From the IMG/VR virus record IMGVR_UViG_3300032225_000920, positions 1 through 29,649 of that record: DNA of 29,649 bases; one strand, written 5' to 3'. Below are positions 1 to 9,151 of this stretch, in pieces (positions within the stretch are counted from its first letter, which is position 1; every line of letters begins with the position of its first letter). The translations under genes were made by a program, and so were the position numbers. Origin of the DNA: a virus (lineage: Duplodnaviria > Caudoviricetes). The notes below the pieces were generated by a model. It did not search any database, was not told the DNA's origin, and saw only the letters and a program-made list of their open reading frames with translations.

Positions 1-1659
1 GCATATGTTCTAGGTTCTTCTGCCAGAACTATGAAAGTACGCCTAGAATTTTCTAATCAATCTTCTAAAGAACTACAGTCTGCAATCCTTTCAGATGTTG
101 ACGGCCAGTACTATAATACAAATATTTATACTGTAGATAGCGATCCTTTTACCCTGTCAACTACTACGCCTACTCAAATTTACGTTGCAGGAATTACCCC
201 ACCATTCTCTAAAGATGCTGGAAACCCTTTAGTTAAAGTTAGCTTTTACTCAACAGACAATGTTGCTGGGGATACTTTCTGGTTAGATGGTGGCTTGCTT
301 GAAAAATCTGCTACAGCAGATCCATTCTTTTCTGGTGACGGCGGAGCAACTATTACAAACCCAGTAGTTCAAAAATATTATGCTCCAGCTGATTGTAAGT
401 GGGAAATAAAAGAAGTTTATAACTATGTAAGCAACTCTGGATTTGAAGTTAATACTACAGATTGGACTGCTAATAGCGGTACGCTTACTCGTATCACTTC
501 AGACACTGGTGGCTTGGGACCTAAGTATGGAACTTATTTTGGAAAATTAACTTACAGTTCTACTGGATCTTTGAGTGGTACTGCCTATCTAGGATTAGCA
601 GCAGTAGGTGGAGAAGACTTTATTATCTCTATGTATGTCCGTAAAGCTGCGGCAACTTACACTCTGGGAACCAATACATTTACAATATCTTCTGCCGAAT
701 CTGCTGATTGGAAACGAATCCACACAGTAGTTCAACTAACCGCAGGACAAACCTCAGTTCCGTTTACTCTTGCTGTAGCAAATACTTCAGGGTCAACCTC
801 AACATACTTCCATATTGATGGTGTTCATGGAGAGTATGGTCGAGTAGTAAATCAATATCTAAACACTACTTTAACTACTACATTTGCTATTACTAATCCA
901 GTAACCTCAGGTAAAACTATTTGGGCAAGTAAAGTTCAAAGCGTTGGTGGAGGAAAGAGTAATTACTTCTCTAACTACAATACAAAGATTAGTCGTCTCT
1001 ATGACACCCTTGGTAATTTTATGCCTGTTGGTGCTAGCTGGGGTATTAACGCTGGACTTGACTCAGATATGTATGAAGATCTACCGGGTGCAAAAATACC
1101 CGCTTCATCTTTTGAAACAAACTTGTATGGTTGGGTAGCGGTTAACTCAACGTTAGCACGTAAGATTGCTGGTGGTACCTTGCTTGCAGATAATGTAACT
1201 CATGGTCAAGGATATTGCCGTGTTACAACAGCCGGCTCAAGTTCTGCAAAACCTTTTGGTCTTAAGACTGGAAAGATTTACCTAAATCCAGACGCCGGTT
1301 ACTATGCCTCGATTGCAGTTCGACCAGTTAACTCTGACTCTCTTGGTAACTACTCACTTGTAGTTGATTACTATGACCTTAATGATAACGTTATTGTTGT
1401 CTATCAAGACAACCTTACTAACAATAAGACAACGAATTCAAAAGATGCTACCGGTGCAAACAACACCGTTATCACAACAGCTGCTAGAACTCAGACTGCG
1501 GCTGTAACCCATACAGAGCGTTGGGCCTACATAGGAAACTCATTCCCAGTAAGCTCTATTACCGGTGCAGCCTACGCAATCGTCAGCGTTACTTTCAGCC
1601 CAACAACCTATGTTGCAGGCCAAGCCTTCGACATTGACAGAGTAGTATTTAGAGAATAG
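1..1659 (+). CDS. Minor tail / tail-fibre protein with carbohydrate-binding-module-like repeats (5'-truncated)
   Basis: Frame is open from base 1. Thr/Ser/Gly-rich. Repeated CBM-like starts (NSGFEVNTTDW, SSFETNLYGW) and ends (FWLDGGLLE, FHIDGVHGE, FDIDRVVF). Confidence 0.7.
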   Translation, partial: AYVLGSSARTMKVRLEFSNQSSKELQSAILSDVDGQYYNTNIYTVDSDPFTLSTTTPTQIYVAGITPPFSKDAGNPLVKVSFYSTDNVAGDTFWLDGGLLEKSATADPFFSGDGGATITNPVVQKYYAPADCKWEIKEVYNYVSNSGFEVNTTDWTANSGTLTRITSDTGGLGPKYGTYFGKLTYSSTGSLSGTAYLGLAAVGGEDFIISMYVRKAAATYTLGTNTFTISSAESADWKRIHTVVQLTAGQTSVPFTLAVANTSGSTSTYFHIDGVHGEYGRVVNQYLNTTLTTTFAITNPVTSGKTIWASKVQSVGGGKSNYFSNYNTKISRLYDTLGNFMPVGASWGINAGLDSDMYEDLPGAKIPASSFETNLYGWVAVNSTLARKIAGGTLLADNVTHGQGYCRVTTAGSSSAKPFGLKTGKIYLNPDAGYYASIAVRPVNSDSLGNYSLVVDYYDLNDNVIVVYQDNLTNNKTTNSKDATGANNTVITTAARTQTAAVTHTERWAYIGNSFPVSSITGAAYAIVSVTFSPTTYVAGQAFDIDRVVFRE

Positions 1660-1662
1660 AAT
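1634..1662 (+). promoter_or_regulatory. Sigma70/SigA-type promoter, probably leaderless transcript
   Basis: TTGACA (1634-1639), 17-nt spacer, TAGAAT (1657-1662). ATG 1669 follows 6 nt later with no SD. Confidence 0.8.
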
Positions 1663-1668
1663 AGATCT

Positions 1669-1944
1669 ATGGGCATAGTAATGATTGCGGGATTATCTAC
1701 AGCGTGTATTTTAACAGCTGTTGAAAGTTTAATCAAACCGTTAGGTAAATGGCGAGGACTGTTAGCTTTAGTCTTTAGTCTACTTGCATGTCTAAATTTA
1801 GAAACTAAACTATTATATCTAATCGTGTACACATTAGCAACTACATTTGTAAGCCTTACTATATCTCTTGCTACAGAGCAAATACTAGTTGGGATCTCTC
1901 CACGTCAAGCCCGCGGTTTGCCAAACAGGGTGGATAGACTGTAG
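1669..1944 (+). CDS. Small membrane protein (about 3 TM helices)
   Basis: 91 aa, three hydrophobic segments and a basic C-terminal tail. Confidence 0.7.
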   Translation: MGIVMIAGLSTACILTAVESLIKPLGKWRGLLALVFSLLACLNLETKLLYLIVYTLATTFVSLTISLATEQILVGISPRQARGLPNRVDRL

Positions 1945-1969
1945 TATAGAGATAGAGGGAGGGTTAAAT

Positions 1970-2884
1970 ATGCTACGACCAATTGTTAACCCAAAATTAT
2001 CTTTACGAGCCAGATCACTTTTCTATTACTTTGTAGAAAAGGGTCGGGTTATTTCTGCTGACGAATTACGAAGCACCAAGGAATTCACTGAGGGTAGGGA
2101 TGCACTTCAGTCTGCCATCAATGAATTGAAGGATCTCAAGTACGTTAAGTCTGTCCGGGTACAGAATAATGGGCAATGGATTGCCCGTCTAAAATTCACA
2201 AAAGAGGCTGAAAAGCTGTTTTCTACCGTGCCCGCCTTTTCAGGGCACCTATACATAGACAACTATATAGCTACTAGTACTAGTGATATATCTACTAGAG
2301 CTAATATAGTTAATAATCCTAACGGATTATTAACTATAGGGGCTGCGCCCCAAGAAGGAGAAGAGATGAGTTGGAATCTTGATGGAGAAGAAGAAACTCC
2401 TAAAGCAAAGCGTGGCGCAGAAGAGTCTGTTGCTGGAGCAGTAGGAAAGATCGAAGATCGCCAGTCTCGTCTTAACGCAAAGTATAAGAAGCCAGTCAAA
2501 GCACAGCGTGATAGCAAGGACAGACTCAATACTCCAGAGGAGCTTTGGTCTACCACAGATCTAATCGCAGAGTTTTACGATCTAGTTGAGAAGGCTGCTC
2601 CAAATACCTCTAGCCAAGTTAACAACAAGTATCTTGCTACTTGGATTAACAAGCAAGTTGGAGAAGGCACACAGCGGTATGAGATTCTAAAGGCTATGCG
2701 GATGTTCTTTTCTGATCCTCGTAACCTGAATGATCTTGGGATTGGTAAGCCACTATGGCAGAGATTCTTTTCATACTACCCAACGATTCAGGGAATTGTT
2801 AAGAAGCCAGCGCAACCAACATACTCAACGGATAAGTTCAAAGCACACCAAGAAAAAATGATGCGCCTACTAGAGGGGGAATAA
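1970..2884 (+). CDS. Replication initiator-like HTH protein
   Basis: ATG 1970 follows SD GAGGGAGG. N-terminus LSLRARSLFYY...EGRDALQSAINELKDLKYV resembles the winged HTH of phage initiators. Directly upstream of a DnaC-like ATPase. Confidence 0.7.
   Translation: MLRPIVNPKLSLRARSLFYYFVEKGRVISADELRSTKEFTEGRDALQSAINELKDLKYVKSVRVQNNGQWIARLKFTKEAEKLFSTVPAFSGHLYIDNYIATSTSDISTRANIVNNPNGLLTIGAAPQEGEEMSWNLDGEEETPKAKRGAEESVAGAVGKIEDRQSRLNAKYKKPVKAQRDSKDRLNTPEELWSTTDLIAEFYDLVEKAAPNTSSQVNNKYLATWINKQVGEGTQRYEILKAMRMFFSDPRNLNDLGIGKPLWQRFFSYYPTIQGIVKKPAQPTYSTDKFKAHQEKMMRLLEGE
2261..2338. repeat. AT-rich palindrome cluster inside the initiator gene (candidate origin)
   Basis: Perfect 15-bp inverted repeat TATAGTTAATAATCC-taac-GGATTATTAACTATA (2305-2338), plus palindromes ACTAGTACTAGT, GATATATC and CTATATAG. 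Confidence 0.65.
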
Positions 2885-3561
2885 TGTACGACCTGTCTAA
2901 AGAAGCCCCAAGCATCCGGAAGCAAATCGTACACGCCGGTCTCCCAATGAAAACCATTGGTAAAGAGTTTTCAGATTTAGATTCCACACCCGCCCTTGAA
3001 GCAGTTAAGAAGTGGGTGGCTAGAGTAGTCAATGGGGAGATCATACAAAAGGCCGGATCTCCTTCCTGCGGACTTGGAATCATGCTGGTGGGTAATCCAG
3101 GTCACGGTAAGACTACAATGGCTTCTACGGCCCTCCAGAGCCTTATCAGGGGTATCTCAGGAGAAGTCTTAGGGACTCCAGGAACGCTCCCAAACCGAGT
3201 AGGCGGGTTTATGGACTATCCAAAGCTTTTAAGGCTTCAGAAGTCTCAGTTTTCTGACGAAGATGAGTCCACCCAAATCCTACTTGACGGCATATATGGT
3301 GACTCGGATAGAATGAATAATGTAAGGGTTTTTGTTTTAGATGATATTGGCAAGGAATATAGAACCGCATCAGGGTGGGCAGAAAATACTTTTGATGCGT
3401 TGCTACGTTCAAGGTTCAACGCAGGGCTACCAACAATTGTAACCACAAACGTTCCCCTTGAGAATTGGGGAAGTGTTTACGGTTCGCCTATGGGAAGCTT
3501 TGCTATGGAAGCATTTATACCAATTGAAGTAGAAGCGCCACAGGGGGACAGAAGAGGATGA
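2884..3561 (+). CDS. DnaC/IstB-like AAA+ helicase loader
   Basis: Walker A GNPGHGKT, Walker B VFVLDDIG, RSRFNAGLPTIVTTN motif. Confidence 0.85.
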   Translation: MYDLSKEAPSIRKQIVHAGLPMKTIGKEFSDLDSTPALEAVKKWVARVVNGEIIQKAGSPSCGLGIMLVGNPGHGKTTMASTALQSLIRGISGEVLGTPGTLPNRVGGFMDYPKLLRLQKSQFSDEDESTQILLDGIYGDSDRMNNVRVFVLDDIGKEYRTASGWAENTFDALLRSRFNAGLPTIVTTNVPLENWGSVYGSPMGSFAMEAFIPIEVEAPQGDRRG

Positions 3562-3857
3562 AGGACACAACTATGAGTACATGGCAAGTTACACAACTGT
3601 TTTTATCTGATGCTGGCCCACATGAGGTTTGGATCAATCTTGAAACTAAAAAGCTTCGTTGCAACTGTGAGGGTTTTAATACCCGCAATCTTTGCAAACA
3701 TACTCGTTATGTTTCAGATAAAATGAAGAGCAACGCCGGAGTATATCCGGTAGAAATTTCTAGCAAAGCTCCTGAAAATGATGCTGCGTTAGCAAGTTTA
3801 GATCCAATCATGTTTAGAAATTTTTTGTTGAAGTACGGCAAGATCGAAGTACTATAG
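3558..3857 (+). CDS. SWIM zinc-finger protein
   Basis: CNCEGFNTRNLCKH matches the CxC...CxH SWIM signature. Confidence 0.75.
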   Translation: MKDTTMSTWQVTQLFLSDAGPHEVWINLETKKLRCNCEGFNTRNLCKHTRYVSDKMKSNAGVYPVEISSKAPENDAALASLDPIMFRNFLLKYGKIEVL

Positions 3858-3859
3858 TA

Positions 3860-4276
3860 ATGCGCGGGGGCGATATATCAAATGAAACTCCTATGCGGGT
3901 TGTTGTTACTTTGGACTGCATCCTTGATCGCAGGCCCACATTTAAGAAGTTACTTGGTGTGGCGATTAGTGGCGAGGAAGTTACGTACAATAGACAGTCG
4001 CTCTCTTTATTTTGGCGATTTGCAGAAACCTACTCCTACAAGTTAGAATTAGTAGGGTACGGCTTTTCTCAAGAAGAGATGGATGAGGTTCTAGAAGATC
4101 TAGACAATCTTGGAACTAATCCGTTTAACTATTCAAAGGCGTACAGGGTTCCTGCAGATCTTGTTGCAGAGTTACCGTATAGGCCAGAGTTAAAGCACGT
4201 GATTGATATACCCGAACGTGGGCTACGTTATGGGCATTGGTATTTAGATATGGGGGCAGCCAGTGGCAGCAGATAA
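3860..4276 (+). CDS. Hypothetical protein, degenerate HAD-like fold
   Basis: VVVTLDCIL at the HAD motif I position (first Asp absent) and a late HVID strand. Confidence 0.45.
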   Translation: MRGGDISNETPMRVVVTLDCILDRRPTFKKLLGVAISGEEVTYNRQSLSLFWRFAETYSYKLELVGYGFSQEEMDEVLEDLDNLGTNPFNYSKAYRVPADLVAELPYRPELKHVIDIPERGLRYGHWYLDMGAASGSR

Positions 4277-5507
4277 TGAAGAGAGATTAATCTCTCGGGT
4301 TGTAAGAACCCGAGAAATTATCCCTGCCTTAGAAAAAGGCGTAGAAGATAGTTGGTTCTTTGTTGATGAGAACCGTGCTGTTTGGAAGTTTATTCGTACT
4401 CACTGGACTCGTTACCAAGAGATCCCTAGCGCAGTCACTGTTAAGGATAACTTTCCTACATACCGGTTGCTTGCTGTAGAAGATTCTTTGGACTACTTAG
4501 TAGATCAATTAGTTGAGTACCGTAGACGTCAAAAAGCTATCGAAGTAGTTCAGAATGCTGCAGAGCTTATTTCTTCTGGTAATCATGACGCTGCTATTGC
4601 AGAGATGAGCTCTGGAATTGCAACCATTTACGATGACGGTGCCGCTCAATCTAGCGATGTAGATCTTACCAAAGATCCCGATAAGCGTTTTCAAGAGTAC
4701 TTAGATATTAAAACTCGTGACGGCGCTTTACTTGGTTATCGTACAGGATTTAGAACTATTGATGAAGCAACAGCAGGTCTGCAAAACGGCCAGCTCATTA
4801 CAATCATTGCGCCTCCTAAAACAGGTAAGTCTGTCCTTGCTATGCAGATTGCGGTTAACGTACACGAAGATGGGCACGTGCCTATGTTTCAATCCTTTGA
4901 GATGAGTAACATTGAGCAGCAACATCGTCATGATGCAATGCGTTCTAAGATTGCCCACTCTCGTTTAGTACGAGGTAATCTAAACTTAGAGGAAGAGCGC
5001 CGGTATAAAGCAACCTTAGAGCGTATGGAAACTATGCAAAAGTTTTATCTTACAGACAGTACCTCTGCAATGACCGTTACAGGTTTGGCTGCAAAGATTG
5101 AGAAGATCAAGCCGGACATTGTATTTGTTGATGGTGTTTACCTTATGGTTGATGAGGCAAGTGGCGAGTCAAATACTCCGCAGGCTTTGACCAGCATCAC
5201 TCGTAATCTAAAACGTCTTGCACAAAAAGCTAATATTCCAATTGTGGTATCAACTCAGGTTCTTCTTTGGAAAATGAAGAAACGTCAAGTATCTGCCGAT
5301 GCGATTGGTTACTCATCCTCGTTCTTCCAAGACTCAGATGTTATTTTGGGTCTTCAAAAACAGGATGAAGAAGATGATTCATCTCGTGAACTTCGCATTG
5401 TTGCAAGCCGTAACTCTGGCCCAGCAACTAGCGATCTTTTATGGGACTGGGAAGAAGGGCGGTTTGAAGAGTATGGAACCTTTGGCACTCCAATTCAATC
5501 CTTTTAA
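4263..5507 (+). CDS. dnaB: Replicative DnaB-like helicase
   Basis: TGFRTIDEATAGLQNGQL, Walker A APPKTGKS, SFEMS, VFVDGVYL, LKRLA...IPIVVSTQ, FQDSDVIL. Confidence 0.92.
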   Translation: MAADNEERLISRVVRTREIIPALEKGVEDSWFFVDENRAVWKFIRTHWTRYQEIPSAVTVKDNFPTYRLLAVEDSLDYLVDQLVEYRRRQKAIEVVQNAAELISSGNHDAAIAEMSSGIATIYDDGAAQSSDVDLTKDPDKRFQEYLDIKTRDGALLGYRTGFRTIDEATAGLQNGQLITIIAPPKTGKSVLAMQIAVNVHEDGHVPMFQSFEMSNIEQQHRHDAMRSKIAHSRLVRGNLNLEEERRYKATLERMETMQKFYLTDSTSAMTVTGLAAKIEKIKPDIVFVDGVYLMVDEASGESNTPQALTSITRNLKRLAQKANIPIVVSTQVLLWKMKKRQVSADAIGYSSSFFQDSDVILGLQKQDEEDDSSRELRIVASRNSGPATSDLLWDWEEGRFEEYGTFGTPIQSF

Positions 5508-5724
5508 CGGAACCCAGCTATGCGCTGGCGAAGACCCAGAACTTTTTTTTCCAGAGAAATACACAAATTATAAGGCAGTAAAAGTTGCTAAAGAAATTTG
5601 TGGGGATTGCTGGATGAAGAAAGAATGTTTTGACTACGCACTACAGATCCCAAACCTAGAGGGCATCTGGGCAGGAACAACACCGCAGGAGAGGAAACGA
5701 TTATTAAAAACATCAGCGATTTAA
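5473..5724 (+). CDS. whiB: WhiB family Fe-S transcription factor
   Basis: C...DPELFFP...AKEICGDCWMKKEC...GIWAGTTPQER. Start moved from the track's 5299 to ATG 5473. Confidence 0.9.
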   Translation: MEPLALQFNPFNGTQLCAGEDPELFFPEKYTNYKAVKVAKEICGDCWMKKECFDYALQIPNLEGIWAGTTPQERKRLLKTSAI

Positions 5725-5744
5725 AACCAGATTACACAAATGCA

Positions 5745-5963
5745 ATGGATTTGCGTGGAGAACCAACTCACGTTTGCCCATGTGGATCAACACTTTGGGA
5801 CATCAAGGCTATGTTCCAAGACTATGAAATCTCAATGTACTTCTTAGACATGGAGTGTTCAGAGTGTGGTACTAAAGCTACCGCACCTACTTTGCCAGAC
5901 ATGCCAGAAGATTACGTAATGATGGAAGATCGACCTAAAGAAGAATATACAGAAGAGGGCTAA
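5745..5963 (+). CDS. Small zinc-ribbon protein (start uncertain, possibly ATT at 5700/5703)
   Basis: HVCPCGS ... ECSECG motifs. Frame is open upstream to 5634. Confidence 0.7.
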   Translation: MDLRGEPTHVCPCGSTLWDIKAMFQDYEISMYFLDMECSECGTKATAPTLPDMPEDYVMMEDRPKEEYTEEG

Positions 5964-5964
5964 T

Positions 5965-6936
5965 ATGTATCGTGAGGGCGACGTAGAGTCTGTACTACTC
6001 AGACTAGGTATTGAGACAGATCAACGCAACGATGAGTTGCTTGGTCTATGTCCTATGCACTTAGAGAGAACTGGTCGTGCAGACTCTCGTCCCTCATGGT
6101 CAATGAATGTAGAGACCGGTGTCCACCATTGCTTCTCGTGTGGATACCGGGGCACTCTACTTACTCTTGTTGCCGAGATCAATGAGTTTGAGACCCAGTG
6201 GGGTCGCCTTGATTTTGAAGCCGCTAAGGATTGGCTGCGTCAGAACATTGAGGTTAATTTTGAACTCATAGCAAAGCAGCTAGAAGAGGCTAAGAATAGT
6301 TATATTCCGGTACAGCCTCTGCTTGAGATGAGCGAGGCACGTCTGTCACTTTTTGACAGCCTACCCCCTGATTGGGCTTTATCTGCTAGAAGCTTAACTG
6401 CCGAAGCCTGTATCAAACACTCTGTTAAATGGGATGCGAAGCCACAAGGTTGGATCACTCCTATTCGTCAACCAGATACTAACAAGTTAATGGGATGGCA
6501 AGAAAAGGGTCAAGTCAATCGTTACTTCCGTAATCGCCCCACCGGAGTGCAGAAGTCTAAAACTTTATTTGGTTTAGATGTCTGGAGCAGTGGCACTATG
6601 ATCATAGTTGAGTCTCCACTAGACGTAGTAAAACTCTCATCATTGGGAGTTGAAGGTGGTGTATCAACTTTTGGCGCATCCATTAGCCAAGATCAAGTAG
6701 ATCTAATGCGTCGTGCAGATAAGCTTATCATTGCATTTGATAATCCAAAGATGGATTTGGCTGGAGAAAAAGCATCTCGTGACATGCTTGCTCGCACTAA
6801 GAAAGAGGGGCTGGAGTGCTTCTTCTTTAAGTACGAAGGTGACTATAAAGATATTGGCGATATGCCTGAAGAGCAGGTTATACTTGGTATAGAGGGTGCA
6901 AAGCATTCTGTATTTGGAGAAAGGGCGTTTATATAA
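5965..6936 (+). CDS. dnaG: DNA primase (CHC2 zinc finger + TOPRIM)
   Basis: CPMH...HHCFSCG zinc finger; TOPRIM motifs IIVESPLD, IIAFDN, KDIGD. Confidence 0.9.
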   Translation: MYREGDVESVLLRLGIETDQRNDELLGLCPMHLERTGRADSRPSWSMNVETGVHHCFSCGYRGTLLTLVAEINEFETQWGRLDFEAAKDWLRQNIEVNFELIAKQLEEAKNSYIPVQPLLEMSEARLSLFDSLPPDWALSARSLTAEACIKHSVKWDAKPQGWITPIRQPDTNKLMGWQEKGQVNRYFRNRPTGVQKSKTLFGLDVWSSGTMIIVESPLDVVKLSSLGVEGGVSTFGASISQDQVDLMRRADKLIIAFDNPKMDLAGEKASRDMLARTKKEGLECFFFKYEGDYKDIGDMPEEQVILGIEGAKHSVFGERAFI

Positions 6937-7403
6937 TGGCTAAACCATCTTTAGACTATAACTCTATTGAGGAGTTACCAGAACATTTTTGGGATAAAGT
7001 AAACAAGACTGATTCATGTTGGCTTTGGACTGGAAAAATTGATGACGGATATGGTCGTTTTAATATTAAGGGTACGCTCTATTTAGTACACCGCCTAACT
7101 ATGTCTGTATTAAAAGAAAAGATTGTAGATGGTCTAGTTGTAGACCATCTTTGTATGGTAAGAAACTGTTGTAATCCTGACCACCTTAGACAGGCGACCA
7201 TTGCAGAAAATACTCAGAAAAGAAAACTAAACTTAGACCCAACATTCTGTGTAAATGGGCACCCCCTATTTGGCGCTGAATCTTTAACTCACATAAGTAA
7301 CAGACGTACTCGCCATGCTGGCGAAGATGTATCTATCACCTGTAAGGTTTGCAACTCTGTAAAAAGACTATCTAATACTTTATCTGAAGAGGTATCTGCA
7401 TGA
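6936..7403 (+). CDS. Free-standing HNH homing endonuclease
   Basis: CWLWTG..GYG.F..VHRL..VDHLCMVRNCCNPDHL...EN, with C-terminal CVNGH...CKVC. Confidence 0.88.
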   Translation: MAKPSLDYNSIEELPEHFWDKVNKTDSCWLWTGKIDDGYGRFNIKGTLYLVHRLTMSVLKEKIVDGLVVDHLCMVRNCCNPDHLRQATIAENTQKRKLNLDPTFCVNGHPLFGAESLTHISNRRTRHAGEDVSITCKVCNSVKRLSNTLSEEVSA

Positions 7404-8956
7404 GTTTTACCGGAACACTTCTGCCTTATCAGGTAGAGGCTGTAGAGGCTATGGCAGACCGCAAGAAGATGCTTGTGGCTTATGACCTTGGCTTAGGTAA
7501 AACAGTCTTAACTATTGCTGCTCTTGAGCAATTAAAAGACGAAGGAAAGATTACAGAACCTGGTATAGTAATCTGTTTATCTACCCTTAAATACCAGTGG
7601 GCAGATCAGATTAGGAAGTTTACAGATGAATCTTCAACACCTTTGGTCATTGATGGGTCCCCAAAACAAAGAGCAATCCAGTATGGGGAAGCCCTTAACT
7701 GGAAAGAGACGGGGATTGATTACGTCATTATTAACTACGAGCAAGCTGTTAACGACTGGGAGTATATACGACATCTCCCTACGGGATTCATTGTCTGTGA
7801 CGAAGCCACAGCCATTAAAAGTTTCAGATCCAAACGATCCAAGCACGTTAAAAAATTAACTAGCCCAGTTAAGTTTGCATTAACCGGGACTCCTATTGAG
7901 AACGGTAAGCCGGAAGAGCTCTACAGTATTATGCAGTTTGTAGACTCTAAAATTTTGGGGCGCTTTGATTTGTTTGATCAAACCTTCATTGTACGTAATC
8001 GTTTTGGTGGGGTAGATCGCTACCGTAATTTAACTACTCTTAGTAAGACACTCGCAACAGCAACAGTACGTAAGAGACAGACAGACGCAGATGTTGCTCC
8101 CTACCTTCCTGATACAATTTTTGCAGAACCTATTGTGGTAGAGTTTGATCGTGCCGGAGCTTTGCTATATAAAGAGATTGCACGAGAATTACTAAAAGAC
8201 CTAGACGATGCTATGGAATCTTTTGGCTCCTCATTTGATTTGTTTAGCCACTACGCTGGAGAGCACTCCAACGATGTGATGGATGCACTCAAGGGCAAAG
8301 TAATGTCAAAGCTAACAGCTCTTCGTATGTTGTGCGACCACCATGAGTTAGTACGTGTGTCCTCATCTACATCAGGGTATGCAGGCCAGTTAGAAGAAGC
8401 GGGCAAGCTTGACAAACTAAAGCAGACTCCTAAGCTATCCGCACTCAAAGAGTATGTTGATAACTTCCTAGGAGAATACGAAGGAAACAAAGTAGTTATC
8501 TTTACTAGCTATGTGCACATGGTTAAGTTGATCCGTGAAGCACTTGATTATAAGTCATCCCCATACACAGGAGCAATGAATGCTAAAGAAAAAGAAGAGT
8601 CAAAAACAAAGTTTCAAACAGATCCCGAAGTACGCATTTTGGTCAGCTCTGATGCTGGGGGCTATGGTGTTGACTTACCGCAAGCTAATCTTCTCATTAA
8701 CTACGATCTTCCATGGAATGCCGGACTCGCACTTCAACGTAATGGACGAATCCGAAGAGCATCCAGCACATGGCCCTCAATTGTAATACAGGACTTTATT
8801 ATGGATGGTTCAATTGAAGAGCGTCAACATGCTATGTTAGTTCAGAAGATGGCTGTAGCAAATGCAATCATTGATGGGGAAGGCATTAACACAGAGGGTG
8901 GGGTAACATTAACTGCCGGGACACTTAGGGCTTTTTTAGAGGCAGTTTCGGTTTAA
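7400..8956 (+). CDS. SNF2-family helicase
   Basis: LLPYQ, DLGLGKT, VCDEA, LTGTPIEN, KVVIFT, GGYGVDL, PWN..QRNGRIRR. Confidence 0.92.
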   Translation: MSFTGTLLPYQVEAVEAMADRKKMLVAYDLGLGKTVLTIAALEQLKDEGKITEPGIVICLSTLKYQWADQIRKFTDESSTPLVIDGSPKQRAIQYGEALNWKETGIDYVIINYEQAVNDWEYIRHLPTGFIVCDEATAIKSFRSKRSKHVKKLTSPVKFALTGTPIENGKPEELYSIMQFVDSKILGRFDLFDQTFIVRNRFGGVDRYRNLTTLSKTLATATVRKRQTDADVAPYLPDTIFAEPIVVEFDRAGALLYKEIARELLKDLDDAMESFGSSFDLFSHYAGEHSNDVMDALKGKVMSKLTALRMLCDHHELVRVSSSTSGYAGQLEEAGKLDKLKQTPKLSALKEYVDNFLGEYEGNKVVIFTSYVHMVKLIREALDYKSSPYTGAMNAKEKEESKTKFQTDPEVRILVSSDAGGYGVDLPQANLLINYDLPWNAGLALQRNGRIRRASSTWPSIVIQDFIMDGSIEERQHAMLVQKMAVANAIIDGEGINTEGGVTLTAGTLRAFLEAVSV

Positions 8957-8965
8957 ACTATGAGC

Positions 8966-9118
8966 ATGCCTAATGCACCTAAGACCCCGACTCGCACTAT
9001 CCGTGTGTCTAACGACCTCTGGACTGCTGTGAAAGAGAAAGCTGCCATCGAAGAGCGCACCGTTACAGACGTGATTATTGAAGCTCTCAAGGCCTATATT
9101 GGCGATTTGCATTCTTAA
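8966..9118 (+). CDS. Ribbon-helix-helix DNA-binding protein (not in ORF track)
   Basis: Hand translation MPNAPKTPTRTIRVSNDLWTAVKEKAAIEERTVTDVIIEALKAYIGDLHS has the Arc/CopG-like pattern. TAAACT lies 6 nt before ATG 8966; alternative ATG at 8960. Confidence 0.8.
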   Translation: MPNAPKTPTRTIRVSNDLWTAVKEKAAIEERTVTDVIIEALKAYIGDLHS

Positions 9119-9135
9119 GGATTACCCTATAGAAT
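9107..9135 (+). promoter_or_regulatory. Sigma70-type promoter
   Basis: TTGCAT-N17-TAGAAT, followed by SD AGGAGG and ATG 9152. Confidence 0.75.
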
Positions 9136-9151
9136 AATAACAGGAGGAAAA

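Noticed and set aside
5299-5472. Long N-terminal extension of WhiB or a DnaB-WhiB fusion
   Set aside because: It overlaps conserved dnaB sequence, has no slippery site that I could see, and the WhiB domain is complete from ATG 5473.
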